Source: an uncultured Bacilli bacterium (GTDB taxonomy: Bacteria > Bacillota_I > Bacilli_A > RF39 > UBA660). From it: a DNA stretch of 64,000 nucleotides. Location: assembly GCA_944358535.1 (NCBI GenBank), contig CALVRH010000003.1, positions 6,252 through 70,251 of the forward strand, written 5' to 3'. The translations under genes and the position numbers were made by a program. Of this stretch, positions 16,805-26,772 are shown one piece after another. The notes beneath the pieces are model-generated. The model worked only from the letters and a program-made list of their open reading frames with translations. It was not told the DNA's origin and made no database searches. The stretch's first letter is position 1. Each line of letters begins with the position of its first letter.

Positions 16805-18400
16805 TTATTTTTCGTTAAATATATCTGGTAAATCATTTTCTAAAAGAACGTAGGTTTCATTTTCTTTTAATGTTTGAATTAATGGAAAGGCTTTTAACAC
16901 ATCATTTATGATATGAATTTTACTTTCATCAAAATTTTTCTCTTTTAAGCCTTCTAGTATTGGTTTAGTTTTTTCTGCTCCAACTAAAATTACTTCGTCG
17001 GTGCTTTCAGCTATTTGGGTACCGAACTCTTTATTTTTTTTATATTCTTCATCGCCTAGTTCAATCATACCTGGAGTTACAACTATATGTTTTCCTGGCA
17101 TCATTTTTAGAACATCTAAGGCCATTTTAGCTCCAGTTGGATTAGAGTTATAGGCATCATCTATGATATTTATATTACCGATTTTTTTTAGCTCTAAACG
17201 ATGTTCGACAGCTTTAACTTTAGCAACGCCAGCCTTTAGTTGTTCTATTGTCATACCAAATTCACGCCCTAAAGCAATACCGGCTAGAATATTATAGACA
17301 TTAGCATAACCTAATAATTTTGTTTCAAACTGATATGGTTTATTACTATCTTTAAAGTAACAGTCAAATTTTGTTCCATTTGGACTTAATTTAATATTTG
17401 TGGCTCTAACATCGACATCTTCACTATCAATACCAATCCATTTGATTTTACAATTATTTTTTATTTTATAGTTTCTTTGCCATTCATCATCACCGTTTAA
17501 AATACCGAGGCCATCACTTGGCAATGATTCTATTAATTCAAATTTGGTTTTTTGAATGTTTTCTCTACTGCCAAAGGTGGCAAGATGAGCAACTCCTATT
17601 TTAGTAATGATACCGTATTTTGGATGAACTAAGTTGCAAAGTTCTTTAATGTCACCACTTTGACAAGCGCCCATTTCGGCAATGAAGACATCCGTGAATT
17701 TATCTAAGTAATTATTTATGGTAATCATTAAGCCAAATGGGGTATTGAAATTTTTGGGAGTTGGCAAGGAGTTATATTTAATATTTAAAATGTCATTTAA
17801 AATATTTTTACTACTGGTTTTACCATAACTTCCAGTGATGCCTATGACTTTTAATGTTTTCATACTTTTTATTTTATGAATGGCTTTATTTTTGAAATAA
17901 AAACCAACTAAGCTTTCGACTGGAGTATTTATTAAAAGAGCTAGTAAAATATACAGATTATTCAAGTAAGCAAATAATCCTAAAATTAAATAACAATAAA
18001 CTAAATTACTTTTATTTACAAATAAGGACATAACAATTATTGGTATTAATACTACTAATATGTTAGTAAAGGTTAAACGTTTAACTCTAGCTGTATATTT
18101 AAGTGGCAATTTATTTTGTGATTGTTTTCTTTCTAATAATAAATTTGCTATTAAAAATAGATATATAAAATTAAAACATAATATTAGTAAAAAGGTATTA
18201 TCTATAAAAATAAATACGGATAGTAATATAAAGATAATACTAAGATTTTTAAAGGCTTTAGTTTTATTTTTATTCAACCATTTTAAATAGGTTTTTTTTC
18301 GGTTATATTTATTTTGTTGAAGCATGTGCATAGAGTCTTCACTTCTAAAGAAAATGTATACAAAATATATAACCGAAGATATTAAAAATTCTTTTGTCAT
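16805..18400 (-). CDS. MurF-like Mur ligase with an N-terminal polytopic membrane domain replacing the usual domain 1
   Basis: Residues from about 190 onward carry the Mur ligase core GITGSYGKTSSKN, and DDAYNSNPTGAKMALDVL...TPGMIELG is MurF-like. Residues 1 to about 170 contain 4-5 hydrophobic helices. Confidence 0.75.
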   Translation of the reverse strand: MTKEFLISSVIYFVYIFFRSEDSMHMLQQNKYNRKKTYLKWLNKNKTKAFKNLSIIFILLSVFIFIDNTFLLILCFNFIYLFLIANLLLERKQSQNKLPLKYTARVKRLTFTNILVVLIPIIVMSLFVNKSNLVYCYLILGLFAYLNNLYILLALLINTPVESLVGFYFKNKAIHKIKSMKTLKVIGITGSYGKTSSKNILNDILNIKYNSLPTPKNFNTPFGLMITINNYLDKFTDVFIAEMGACQSGDIKELCNLVHPKYGIITKIGVAHLATFGSRENIQKTKFELIESLPSDGLGILNGDDEWQRNYKIKNNCKIKWIGIDSEDVDVRATNIKLSPNGTKFDCYFKDSNKPYQFETKLLGYANVYNILAGIALGREFGMTIEQLKAGVAKVKAVEHRLELKKIGNINIIDDAYNSNPTGAKMALDVLKMMPGKHIVVTPGMIELGDEEYKKNKEFGTQIAESTDEVILVGAEKTKPILEGLKEKNFDESKIHIINDVLKAFPLIQTLKENETYVLLENDLPDIFNEK

Positions 18401-18401
18401 G

Positions 18402-19142
18402 TTACTTCTCCTTTATAAAATTTCTTATTATGGAAACGGTTTGGTTTATCCTTTCTAAATATGCATAATGAGTACATCCTTCATATGGAATAACAGCTGA
18501 GTCATTAATTAAGGTTTCTAGTTCGTAAGCATCTTCAATTGGTACAGCGATGTCATTGGTACCCCATATGATGATTGTTGGACATTTTATTTTTTTGACG
18601 TTTTCAGTTATGTCGGTATTTACGTGCTTAACTAATATATTTCTCATCATTGGACTAGCGTTTCGATAATCTGTAGAGCCTATATGCTTTTTCATAGTTT
18701 CGGCAAGTTTATTTAACCCTGGAATTTGTTTTAATTTTTTTAAGGTTTTAATTTTTAAACTATTAGGGTTTTTCTTTACTTTAAATGGGCTACCAAATAA
18801 AATTAGTTTTTTTGTTTGATACATGCTGGCATAAAGTAAGCTTATTTTACCACCAAAAGAATGACCAATTAAAATTGGGTTATCAATATTTAAACTTTTT
18901 AGTAATTCATGAATCATATTTGTGAAGTCTATTAAGTCCCATATTTCTTTAGGTTCTTCACTTTTACCATGACCAGGAAAGTCAATGATGATAACGTCAT
19001 AGTCAGTTAAATTATCGCCTACTGGTTTCATCATTTCGATATTTTGTCCCCAACCGTGTAATAGGACAACTGTCTGACTATTTATATTACCGTACCTTAT
19101 ATAATTTATATTAGTGTTTTTATAATTAAACATTTTTGTCAC
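18402..19142 (-). CDS. Alpha/beta-fold hydrolase
   Basis: VVLLHGWGQ (oxyanion region), GHSFGG nucleophile elbow, and a C-terminal His in GCTHYAY. Confidence 0.8.
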   Translation of the reverse strand: MTKMFNYKNTNINYIRYGNINSQTVVLLHGWGQNIEMMKPVGDNLTDYDVIIIDFPGHGKSEEPKEIWDLIDFTNMIHELLKSLNIDNPILIGHSFGGKISLLYASMYQTKKLILFGSPFKVKKNPNSLKIKTLKKLKQIPGLNKLAETMKKHIGSTDYRNASPMMRNILVKHVNTDITENVKKIKCPTIIIWGTNDIAVPIEDAYELETLINDSAVIPYEGCTHYAYLERINQTVSIIRNFIKEK

Positions 19143-19303
19143 CTACTCATAATTATAGCATATCATTTACATTTTGGGCAATAATATCAAGAACAAAGGC
19201 CAAATTTTATTTGTTTTTTTAGTTTGTTGGATATACTTTTTATTAATATAAAATCGCCCTTGTCTTAGGACGATTTTATATTAATAATTTTTAATAGAAA
19301 AGT

Positions 19304-19783
19304 TTATAATTCTAAATCATCAATATCGTCGATTATTTCAAGCTGCGATTCAATAATATTTTTAAGTCTACGTTTTAAAACATTGATATTGCGCTTCATG
19401 GTTTCAGCATCATTTTCTATTTTTTCGGCTTTAATTAGGGCATCATTAACGATTCGGCTAGCGTTTTTTTTGGCGTCATCTAAGATTATTTCGCTTTCAC
19501 GGTGAGCAGATATTTTTAATTGGTCAGATGTTTTTTGAGCCATCATGATAGCTCTATTTAGAGTGTTTTCCATTCTTTCGTATTGTTCAAGCTTTTCTTT
19601 CATGGCGCTTGTCTGTTCAATACTAGCTTTAAGCTTTTTTATTTCTTCATTTTGATTTTCTATCAGTTTATTTTTTTTATCAATATCAGCTATCATTTTT
19701 TCGACCCTTCTAATAACTTGATCTAAGAAGTTATTAACTTCATCAGGGTCATAACCTCTCATGACTCTTGTAAATTTTTCCAT
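19304..19783 (-). CDS. divIVA: DivIVA-family cell division protein
   Basis: FTRVMRGYDPDEVNNFLDQV followed by coiled coil. Confidence 0.85.
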   Translation of the reverse strand: MEKFTRVMRGYDPDEVNNFLDQVIRRVEKMIADIDKKNKLIENQNEEIKKLKASIEQTSAMKEKLEQYERMENTLNRAIMMAQKTSDQLKISAHRESEIILDDAKKNASRIVNDALIKAEKIENDAETMKRNINVLKRRLKNIIESQLEIIDDIDDLEL

Positions 19784-19819
19784 AAATTCAACCTCACCTC
19801 GGCGCTTTCGCCCATTTTT

Positions 19820-20224
19820 TTACCACTCTATATCTATATTGTTATTATCGTGAATACCTTTTCCTTCAGTATCATTAGTTATTTTACCTTGAACACTAAC
19901 ATTATTCGGCGTACATAGGAAAATTCCGCCACCTATTTTTTGCAAGTCCCCACCTATTGCATAAATAGTTCCACTTAAGAAATCAACAATTCTTTTTGCT
20001 TGTTCAGGGGTTACTCTTTTTAAATTCACAACTACTGTATTTCTTTTCTTTAGATGGTCAGCGATTTGTTGTGATTCAGAGTAAGCTCTTGGCTCTAATA
20101 AAATCATTTTAGCGCCGCCCTCTTCAGTTAAAGCTTCTTCAGCTTTTAAATCATAGTATTGATCATTTGATGGTGCGGAAAAGACATCTTCTTCTTCACC
20201 AATGATTTTTTTTATCAAACCCAT
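19820..20224 (-). CDS. sepF: Cell division protein SepF
   Basis: [31 protein letters not shown]...[20 protein letters not shown]. Confidence 0.8.
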   Translation of the reverse strand: MGLIKKIIGEEEDVFSAPSNDQYYDLKAEEALTEEGGAKMILLEPRAYSESQQIADHLKKRNTVVVNLKRVTPEQAKRIVDFLSGTIYAIGGDLQKIGGGIFLCTPNNVSVQGKITNDTEGKGIHDNNNIDIEW

Positions 20225-20421
20225 ATTTATCCTCCTTAGTTTTAATACTTTGCTATAGATAATTTTATCATAGAATTGGGAAAAAGAAAATGGTTTTTGT
20301 TTTTCTTTTGTTATTTTGTGTAAAGTAAACCATTAAATACTATTTTTTTAGATAAAATTTGATTTTAAACTACACTTTATTTCTTTTTTTAGGTAAAATT
20401 GTTTTAAAGGATGTATGATTT

Positions 20422-21705
20422 ATGGCAAAAAGAAAGGAAAAAAGGACAAGAAGGAAATTTTTAATATTTACGTTTATTTTAATCATAATTTGTGTGATTA
20501 TCATAGGTTATATGTTTTTAAATAAAGAAGCTTTTTTAAGTAAAATCAATTATACAATTAGTGGAAATATTACTTATTATGATATTTATGGTATTCATAT
20601 GAATTTTGAAGGTGATTTTGAATTAGATGATGGTTTTAGTAATCCTAAGCTTGTTTTAGCAAACGCATCTAAAGAAAAGGTTATTTCATGGAATTTAGAA
20701 AATGAAAATAGCAAGTACACATTTAAAACGAGTGATTATATAAATGATGGAATTAATTTGGAAGGTTTAGATAATGGTACTTATTATTTTTTGATTAAGG
20801 TTAATAATAAGGATGGTAAGGATGTATATTTTCCTCTTATTAATAAAACTGAGTATAGTGATTTAACATACTATACTTTGACAAAGAATGACAGTAATAA
20901 GGTTATTGATATTAACTGGGATAAGTATCAAGGTAATGAGGTTTTAGGATTTCATATTAAAAATACTAAGTTACCTAAGGATGTTTATGATATTACAATT
21001 GATCCTGGGCATGATGGGAATGATGCGGGTATGATTGTGTGTGCGAATGGAGATGTTCCTAATAGTTTGGGAGAATGTTCGAGAAGTAAAGCTTATAAAG
21101 AATCTGATATTAATTTTACGGTTTCTAAGGCTTTGAAGGGCGAACTAGAAAATTTAGGGTATAAAGTTAAATTAACTAGGGATAGTAAAGATGATACAGT
21201 ACCTACTTATGGAAAAATGGGTAGTGGAACGACAGCTAATGCGACAAAATCTAAATTTAATATAGCTCTTCATCACAATTCAACTAATGTGCCTGGTGGT
21301 ATGTCATCTACTCATGGTTTAGAGGTTTATGTGGCTGGGGATAGTAAGTTTGATTTAGCTAAATTATTTGTTGAAAAGGTATGCGAATATGGAAAAACTT
21401 CTACTTCTACTAAAGAAGAATTTAAGGTTGAAGATGGAATTTATCAAAGATTTTCAGATGACGGTATAACACCTTACTATTATATGATTAGAGAAGTTGG
21501 AGGTATTGCGACCCACGCTTATGTGGATGGAAGTAATACTAAATATGACGAAAATCCTTATTATAATTCTAATAATACTGCTGAAGGATATTTATTAGAA
21601 CTTGGTTATATTGATAATGTTAAAGAGCTTGAAAATATTTTAGATAATTCAAATGGGTATGCGAAAGGAATTGCTTTAGCAATAGATGAATATTTGAGCA
21701 TTTAA
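20422..21705 (+). CDS. Membrane-anchored N-acetylmuramoyl-L-alanine amidase (Amidase_3)
   Basis: ITIDPGHDGNDAG, NIALHHNS and EVGGIATH motifs, with an N-terminal TM. Confidence 0.8.
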   Translation: MAKRKEKRTRRKFLIFTFILIIICVIIIGYMFLNKEAFLSKINYTISGNITYYDIYGIHMNFEGDFELDDGFSNPKLVLANASKEKVISWNLENENSKYTFKTSDYINDGINLEGLDNGTYYFLIKVNNKDGKDVYFPLINKTEYSDLTYYTLTKNDSNKVIDINWDKYQGNEVLGFHIKNTKLPKDVYDITIDPGHDGNDAGMIVCANGDVPNSLGECSRSKAYKESDINFTVSKALKGELENLGYKVKLTRDSKDDTVPTYGKMGSGTTANATKSKFNIALHHNSTNVPGGMSSTHGLEVYVAGDSKFDLAKLFVEKVCEYGKTSTSTKEEFKVEDGIYQRFSDDGITPYYYMIREVGGIATHAYVDGSNTKYDENPYYNSNNTAEGYLLELGYIDNVKELENILDNSNGYAKGIALAIDEYLSI

Positions 21706-21732
21706 AAGATATATCATTTTTTGATATATCTT

Positions 21733-22620
21733 TTATTTTTTTACAAGCCTTTTGTTATGTGTTTTTTTATTAGCAAGCGTTCCAAGACCTATAATAGCAA
21801 GGGATGAGATAGCTAATACACTTGGAAATGATTTTTTATGGCCAATTATTCCAGCAAGTCCAATACTAAATATGACTGATGCGATAGTAGCGCTAAATAA
21901 GGCGACTAACCCTGGTGAATTTTTCTTTTGAAGGCTATATCCTGTTTGTTTTGGTTTTAGCTGACTTGTTTTTTGATTGTTGGTAACTTTATTAGTATTT
22001 TCTTTTGCCTTTTCTGTTTTAGAAATATATGTAACAGCCGGTTTATTTATTTTAATTATTTTATTCTTTTTCATAGTGAGATTTACTGTTTTAGCTACCG
22101 CTTTTGAATGTTTTTCTTTTTCCTTTGACTGTTTTAGCTTATTTATTTGATTTTTTTTCATTTCTCCCATAATCATTTTGTGTTTAGGACTGATATATGG
22201 GGTTATAGTAATAACTTTAGTAAATAGTTTTTTTTGCTCTGAGATGCGACTAGTTTCATGTTCTTTTGAAGGTTTAATCTCTATTTTTTTCTTTTGATTT
22301 ATATTTTCTTTTTGGCTTTCATTTTTTAAAGTTGTAACTTTAGATAATTCTTTTTTTGGGATTTCACCAATACCTTTTTGATGTTTGTTATTTTCACTTT
22401 TTAAATGTTTATTTTGTCCAATAATTGTGAATACTGCGGCCCCACTTTCACCAGAATCGTTTTCAGTTAAGTATGTTAAATTTTTATTCAATATTATTAT
22501 AGAAATATTACTTATGGATGTGTTTAAACTTAATAACCCGAAAATTTCATATGCACTTATATTAGTAAATATTGCTTTTATAAAATCATTTTGGGATAAT
22601 GTAATTTTTCTCACAAGCAT
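21733..22620 (-). CDS. Hypothetical Lys-rich protein with two C-terminal TM segments
   Basis: 295-aa ORF with a long K/E/T low-complexity centre and the C-terminus LVALFSATIASVIFSIGLAGII...LAISSLAIIGLGTL. Confidence 0.4.
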   Translation of the reverse strand: MLVRKITLSQNDFIKAIFTNISAYEIFGLLSLNTSISNISIIILNKNLTYLTENDSGESGAAVFTIIGQNKHLKSENNKHQKGIGEIPKKELSKVTTLKNESQKENINQKKKIEIKPSKEHETSRISEQKKLFTKVITITPYISPKHKMIMGEMKKNQINKLKQSKEKEKHSKAVAKTVNLTMKKNKIIKINKPAVTYISKTEKAKENTNKVTNNQKTSQLKPKQTGYSLQKKNSPGLVALFSATIASVIFSIGLAGIIGHKKSFPSVLAISSLAIIGLGTLANKKTHNKRLVKK

Positions 22621-22646
22621 TCTTCCTTTCTAATATTGAATAATTA

Positions 22647-24017
22647 TTAAAATTTGATTTTTTCGTTTAAGTAATTTTTTAACTGCTTTATTTTTATGAC
22701 ATCTTGTTTCATGGTGTCTCTATCTCTTACTGTTACAGTGCCATTATTAATTGTTTCATCATCTATTGTTATACAAAATGGAGTTCCAGCTACATCTTGT
22801 CTTCTGTATCTTTTACCAATATTACCTGTTTCATCATATGTTATTATAAAGTCTTTGGAAAGCATATCGTATACTTCTTCGGCTTTTTCTTTATGATGTT
22901 TTTTGACAAGTGGTAGAACTGCGGCTTTATAAGGGGCTAAGAATGGATGAAAATGCATTACTTCTCTAGTGGTACCGTCTTCTAGTGTTTGATTTTCATA
23001 AGCATTACATAAGATGGCTAAAGCAAGGCGGTCTGCTCCAACACTTGATTCAACGACAGTTGGTAATATTTTTTCATTAGTATCTGGGTCAAGATAACGC
23101 ATTGAATTACCCGAATATTCTTCATGTCTAGATAAATCATATGTCCCTCTATGATGTGTTCCCCAAAGTTCATCAAAGCCAAATGGAAATCTATACTGAA
23201 TATCACAAGCGGCTTTACAGTAGAAAACTAATTTTTCATGGTCTTTAAATCTAATATCATCTTTTTTGATACCTAAATTAATTAAGAAATCCCAAGCTTT
23301 TTGTTTATAGTTTTCATAAAAATTCATTGAATCTTCGTCTTTACAGAAAAGTTGGTGTTCCATCTGTTCAAATTCAACGGTTCTAAAGGTAAAATTTCCT
23401 GGAGTGATTTCATTTCTAAAGGCTTTACCTATTTGACCAATTCCAAATGGTAGTTTAGCTCGCATTGATTTTTGAACATTTAAGAAGTTGACAAACTCTC
23501 CTTGGGCTGTTTCACCTCTTAAATATACTTTAGATGAGTCATCTTTAATAACTCCTCTACTTGTTTCAAAAAGTAAGTTAAACTGTCTAATTTTGGTCCA
23601 GTTTGATTTACCACATTTTGGACATTTGATGTTATGCTCGATGATATAATTATATAATTCTTCATCGTTCATGGAGTCCCCATCGATTTCAGGGTTATAT
23701 TCTTCGATTAATTTATCAGCTCTTTGTCTTGCTTTACATTCTTTACAATCGATTAGTGGATCTGAGAAGTTTTGAACGTGGCCTGATGCTTCCCACACTT
23801 TTGGATTCATTAAAATGGCGGCATCAACGCCATAGCTATGTTTACTTTCCCCTATAAATTTCTTCCACCAAGCTTTTTTTAAATTGTTTTTAAGTTCTAC
23901 TCCAAGTGGTCCGTAATCCCAAGTGTTTGCAAGTCCTCCATATATTTCACTACCTTGAAATATAAATCCATATTGTTTACAAACACTTACTAATTTTTCC
24001 ATTGTTAATTTTTCCAT
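22647..24017 (-). CDS. glyQS: Glycyl-tRNA synthetase, single-chain GlyQS type
   Basis: Colinear with class II GlyRS across 456 aa (FRNEITPGNFTFRTVEFEQME, SVGADRL). It is preceded by a T-box leader. Confidence 0.95.
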   Translation of the reverse strand: MEKLTMEKLVSVCKQYGFIFQGSEIYGGLANTWDYGPLGVELKNNLKKAWWKKFIGESKHSYGVDAAILMNPKVWEASGHVQNFSDPLIDCKECKARQRADKLIEEYNPEIDGDSMNDEELYNYIIEHNIKCPKCGKSNWTKIRQFNLLFETSRGVIKDDSSKVYLRGETAQGEFVNFLNVQKSMRAKLPFGIGQIGKAFRNEITPGNFTFRTVEFEQMEHQLFCKDEDSMNFYENYKQKAWDFLINLGIKKDDIRFKDHEKLVFYCKAACDIQYRFPFGFDELWGTHHRGTYDLSRHEEYSGNSMRYLDPDTNEKILPTVVESSVGADRLALAILCNAYENQTLEDGTTREVMHFHPFLAPYKAAVLPLVKKHHKEKAEEVYDMLSKDFIITYDETGNIGKRYRRQDVAGTPFCITIDDETINNGTVTVRDRDTMKQDVIKIKQLKNYLNEKIKF

Positions 24018-24154
24018 AATTACCTCCTAATTAAAAAAACTCCTAGCAATATATAAGGACGGTATTACCGCGGTTCCACCTTATTTATTCTAGAAGAATC
24101 ACTTTCTAATATATGACTCTGGGTTTCCAAGCCCGTCATCGCCTTTCAATATAT
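24018..24154 (-). promoter_or_regulatory. T-box leader of glyQS
   Basis: The minus strand reads AAGGUGGAACCGCGGUAAUACCGUCCUU. This is an antiterminator with the 7-nt UGGAACC bulge and a GCGGU-AAU-ACCGU inner hairpin. It is followed by UCCU...AGGA and a U7 tract just before the RBS. The upstream promoter is TTGACT-N17-TAAAAT (24189-24161). A GGC triplet is present, but its position in Stem I could not be verified by eye. Confidence 0.7.
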
Positions 24155-24190
24155 ATTTTTATTTTATGTTTTTCTTTTATTTTAGTCAAG

Positions 24191-24931
24191 TTAATTTGTT
24201 AATTTTTGTAAATTTTTTATAAAACTTTTACTTTTTAAATATAAGCCAGTATATCTAGAATAGTAGTCATCCAAAAAGTGATTTATTTCATTTTTAGATT
24301 TGGGACTTATATCTAGTTTAGAAATTTTTTCAATATCGACATAATAAAACATTCTAATTAGCTTAATGGTTTTATCACTGACCATATTTTCATTAGTATA
24401 GCAGTCTTTACAAACGTAACCACCACGATAACTAGATAATGTTACGATACCTGTTTTTCTACCACATATAGCGCATGAATCAATTATTGGCATGACACCT
24501 AGAAATTCTAAGTATTTAAGTTCTAGAATATTCATGATAACTAGTGGGTCAAATCCTTCATCAATTTTTTTTAAACTTTGAATTAATAAATCAAAGATAT
24601 GAGGATTATTATTTTGTTTGATAACTCCTTCACTTAGTTCTAAAATATAAGCTGCATAACTAATTGAAGCAATATCTTTTTTTAAGTTTTTAAAATTATC
24701 TAGGATACTTACTTCTTTTAGGGTAGATATTTTATTTTCTTTATAGTAGATAATGAATGTTCCATAGGTTAATTTTGAGGAAACACTTCTAAGTGGGCTT
24801 TTTATATTTTTACAGCCTTTAGCCATTAGTGAGATTAAACTTTTTTCTTTGGTTATGACATTTATTATTTTACTAGTTTCACCATAGCTAGTTTCATTCA
24901 CGATTATTCCCGTTACTTCTTCTAGATTCAT
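24191..24931 (-). CDS. recO: DNA repair protein RecO
   Basis: The era-yqzL-recO synteny, the OB-fold N-terminus and the zinc motif CAICGR...CKDC. Confidence 0.85.
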   Translation of the reverse strand: MNLEEVTGIIVNETSYGETSKIINVITKEKSLISLMAKGCKNIKSPLRSVSSKLTYGTFIIYYKENKISTLKEVSILDNFKNLKKDIASISYAAYILELSEGVIKQNNNPHIFDLLIQSLKKIDEGFDPLVIMNILELKYLEFLGVMPIIDSCAICGRKTGIVTLSSYRGGYVCKDCYTNENMVSDKTIKLIRMFYYVDIEKISKLDISPKSKNEINHFLDDYYSRYTGLYLKSKSFIKNLQKLTN

Positions 24932-25016
24932 CTTCTTCCTCTTTTTCTTTGTATTTTAAATAGTATTCAATTTTACCAGTTAATCTAAATAGATTCCATA
25001 AATCTTGCTTTTCCAT
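24894..25016 (-). CDS. yqzL: YqzL-family small protein (40 aa)
   Basis: Below the ORF-track cut-off. GGTGA RBS. Hand translation gives MEKQDLWNLFRLTGKIEYYLKYKEKEEEDESRRSNGNNRE. The W..F..TG.I..YL core and the era/recO position match B. subtilis yqzL. Its 3' end overlaps recO by 38 nt. Confidence 0.6.
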   Translation of the reverse strand: MEKQDLWNLFRLTGKIEYYLKYKEKEEEDESRRSNGNNRE

Positions 25017-25055
25017 GTTATCACCTATTAATATTGTGGTAATATTAGTTATTTT

Positions 25056-25943
25056 TTATTCAGTAAAGTCATTGAAGTTAAATTCAGCAAGGTATTTTTC
25101 TTTTTCTCGCCATTTTTCAATGGTTTTAACATATAGTTCTAAATAAACTTTGGTACCTAAAATTTTTTCTAAATCTTTTCTAGCCATAGTTCCGATTTTT
25201 TTAATCATACTACCGCCTTTACCAATGATGATTTTTTTTAAGGCATCTCTATCGACAATAATGGCAACATTTATTATATTTTTATCTTTGTCTTTGACAA
25301 TTTTTTCTAAGACACACGTTACAGAATGTGGCACTTCTTCTTTAGTTAACCAAAGTATTTTTTCTCTGACGATTTCAGCAATCATAAACTGTATACTTCT
25401 ATTAGTGATTGTATTATCCTCAAAGTATTTAATACTATCTGGCAAATAATCCTTTATTACTTTGATTAATTCATCTATGTTTTTATTTTTTAAAGCAGAT
25501 ATTGGGACTATTTCTTGAAAGTCATATAAGTCTTTATATTCGTTTATTTTTAAGAATATTTCATCTTTAGATAGTCCATCTATTTTGTTGATTACTAAAA
25601 TGACTGGTTTATTTATATTTTTTAATCTTTCGATAATATATTTATCCCCTTTACCTAAACCAGCTTTAGCATCGATTAACAAACAGATAACATCTACATC
25701 ATCAATACTATAGTAAGCTCCTTTATTTAGCATTTGGCCTAGTTTATTTGTTGGTTTATGGATGCCTGGGGTATCAACAAAAACTATTTGAGTATCTTCG
25801 TTATTATAGATACCTTGAATTATGTTTCTAGTGGTTCCAGGCTTATCGGAAGTTATGGCTATTTTAGTTCCGATAATTTGGTTTATTAATGTTGATTTAC
25901 CGACATTTGGTCTTCCTACAAAACTTACAAATCCTGCTCTCAT
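25056..25943 (-). CDS. era: GTPase Era
   Basis: G1 GRPNVGKST, G3 DTPG, G4 NKID and a C-terminal KH domain with IIIGKGGSMIKKIG. Confidence 0.95.
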   Translation of the reverse strand: MRAGFVSFVGRPNVGKSTLINQIIGTKIAITSDKPGTTRNIIQGIYNNEDTQIVFVDTPGIHKPTNKLGQMLNKGAYYSIDDVDVICLLIDAKAGLGKGDKYIIERLKNINKPVILVINKIDGLSKDEIFLKINEYKDLYDFQEIVPISALKNKNIDELIKVIKDYLPDSIKYFEDNTITNRSIQFMIAEIVREKILWLTKEEVPHSVTCVLEKIVKDKDKNIINVAIIVDRDALKKIIIGKGGSMIKKIGTMARKDLEKILGTKVYLELYVKTIEKWREKEKYLAEFNFNDFTE

Positions 25944-25944
25944 A

Positions 25945-26346
25945 TTATCCTCCTATAAATAGTAAAATTTTTGGTATAAAGATGATACATCCAATTACTA
26001 TGGCTGTTAGGCCAAAAACTAAGACGGCTGCAGCTGCGGTATCTTTGGCTATTTTGGCAAGTGGATGAACTTCTTTAGTAACTAAATCGATTGTGGCTTC
26101 AATACTTGTATTTATGAGTTCAGTTGCGATAACTAAACCAATTATTAAAGTTAAAACTAGCCATTCTATTAGAGATATTTTAAAGAAGATGCCGGCGATA
26201 ATGACTAAAATAGTAGCTAAAGTGTGAACTAGGATATTTTGTTCATATTTAAAAGCATATTTTAGACCATCAAAAGCATAAGTAAAGCTTTTGAATAGTC
26301 TTTTGAAGCCTTTCTTTTTTAAATCATCTCTTGAGACCATAGGCAT
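25945..26346 (-). CDS. dgkA: Diacylglycerol/undecaprenol kinase (DgkA family)
   Basis: 133-aa 3-TM protein with ELINTSIEATIDL and AKDTAAAAVL. Confidence 0.85.
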   Translation of the reverse strand: MPMVSRDDLKKKGFKRLFKSFTYAFDGLKYAFKYEQNILVHTLATILVIIAGIFFKISLIEWLVLTLIIGLVIATELINTSIEATIDLVTKEVHPLAKIAKDTAAAAVLVFGLTAIVIGCIIFIPKILLFIGG

Positions 26347-26770
26347 TTAAAATCTCCTCCTGCTTTTGAAACATTACTTTTTCTTCTTCTTTAGTCATAT
26401 GATCATATCCTAGTAAATGAAGTAAGCCATGAATGGTTAAGAAACCCATTTCTCTTGCTTCACTATGGCCATATTCTTTAGCTTGAGCTTTCATTTTTGA
26501 AACGCATATATAAATATCTCCTAAGAGTCTGCCAAATTCAAAGGGAATATTTCCATCACCATCTTCTAAGGCGAAGCTTATGACATCAGTCTCTCTATCA
26601 ATGTTTCTATAATCTTTATTCAATTTTCTTATTTTTTCACTATCTACAAAGATGACATTGAAAGTAACGTTAGTTAAGTTTTCGTGTTTTAAGGCAAAAT
26701 CAATTATTCTTTTTTCTTCTTCGATGTCTATTTTTTCATCTGTTTCATTAAATACTTCAAAATTGTTCAT
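26324..26770 (-). CDS. ybeY: rRNA maturation endoribonuclease YbeY
   Basis: HGLLHLLGYDH zinc motif. Confidence 0.9.
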   Translation of the reverse strand: MNNFEVFNETDEKIDIEEEKRIIDFALKHENLTNVTFNVIFVDSEKIRKLNKDYRNIDRETDVISFALEDGDGNIPFEFGRLLGDIYICVSKMKAQAKEYGHSEAREMGFLTIHGLLHLLGYDHMTKEEEKVMFQKQEEILNAYGLKR

Positions 26771-26772
26771 TA

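Noticed and set aside
24018-24154. Assigning the T-box specifier codon (a GGC at GAAAGGCGAUGAC)
   Set aside because: The triplet appears to lie on the 5' side of the putative Stem I, whereas canonical specifier codons lie on the 3' side. I could not fold Stem I reliably by eye, so I make only the T-box call (from the antiterminator) and not the codon call.
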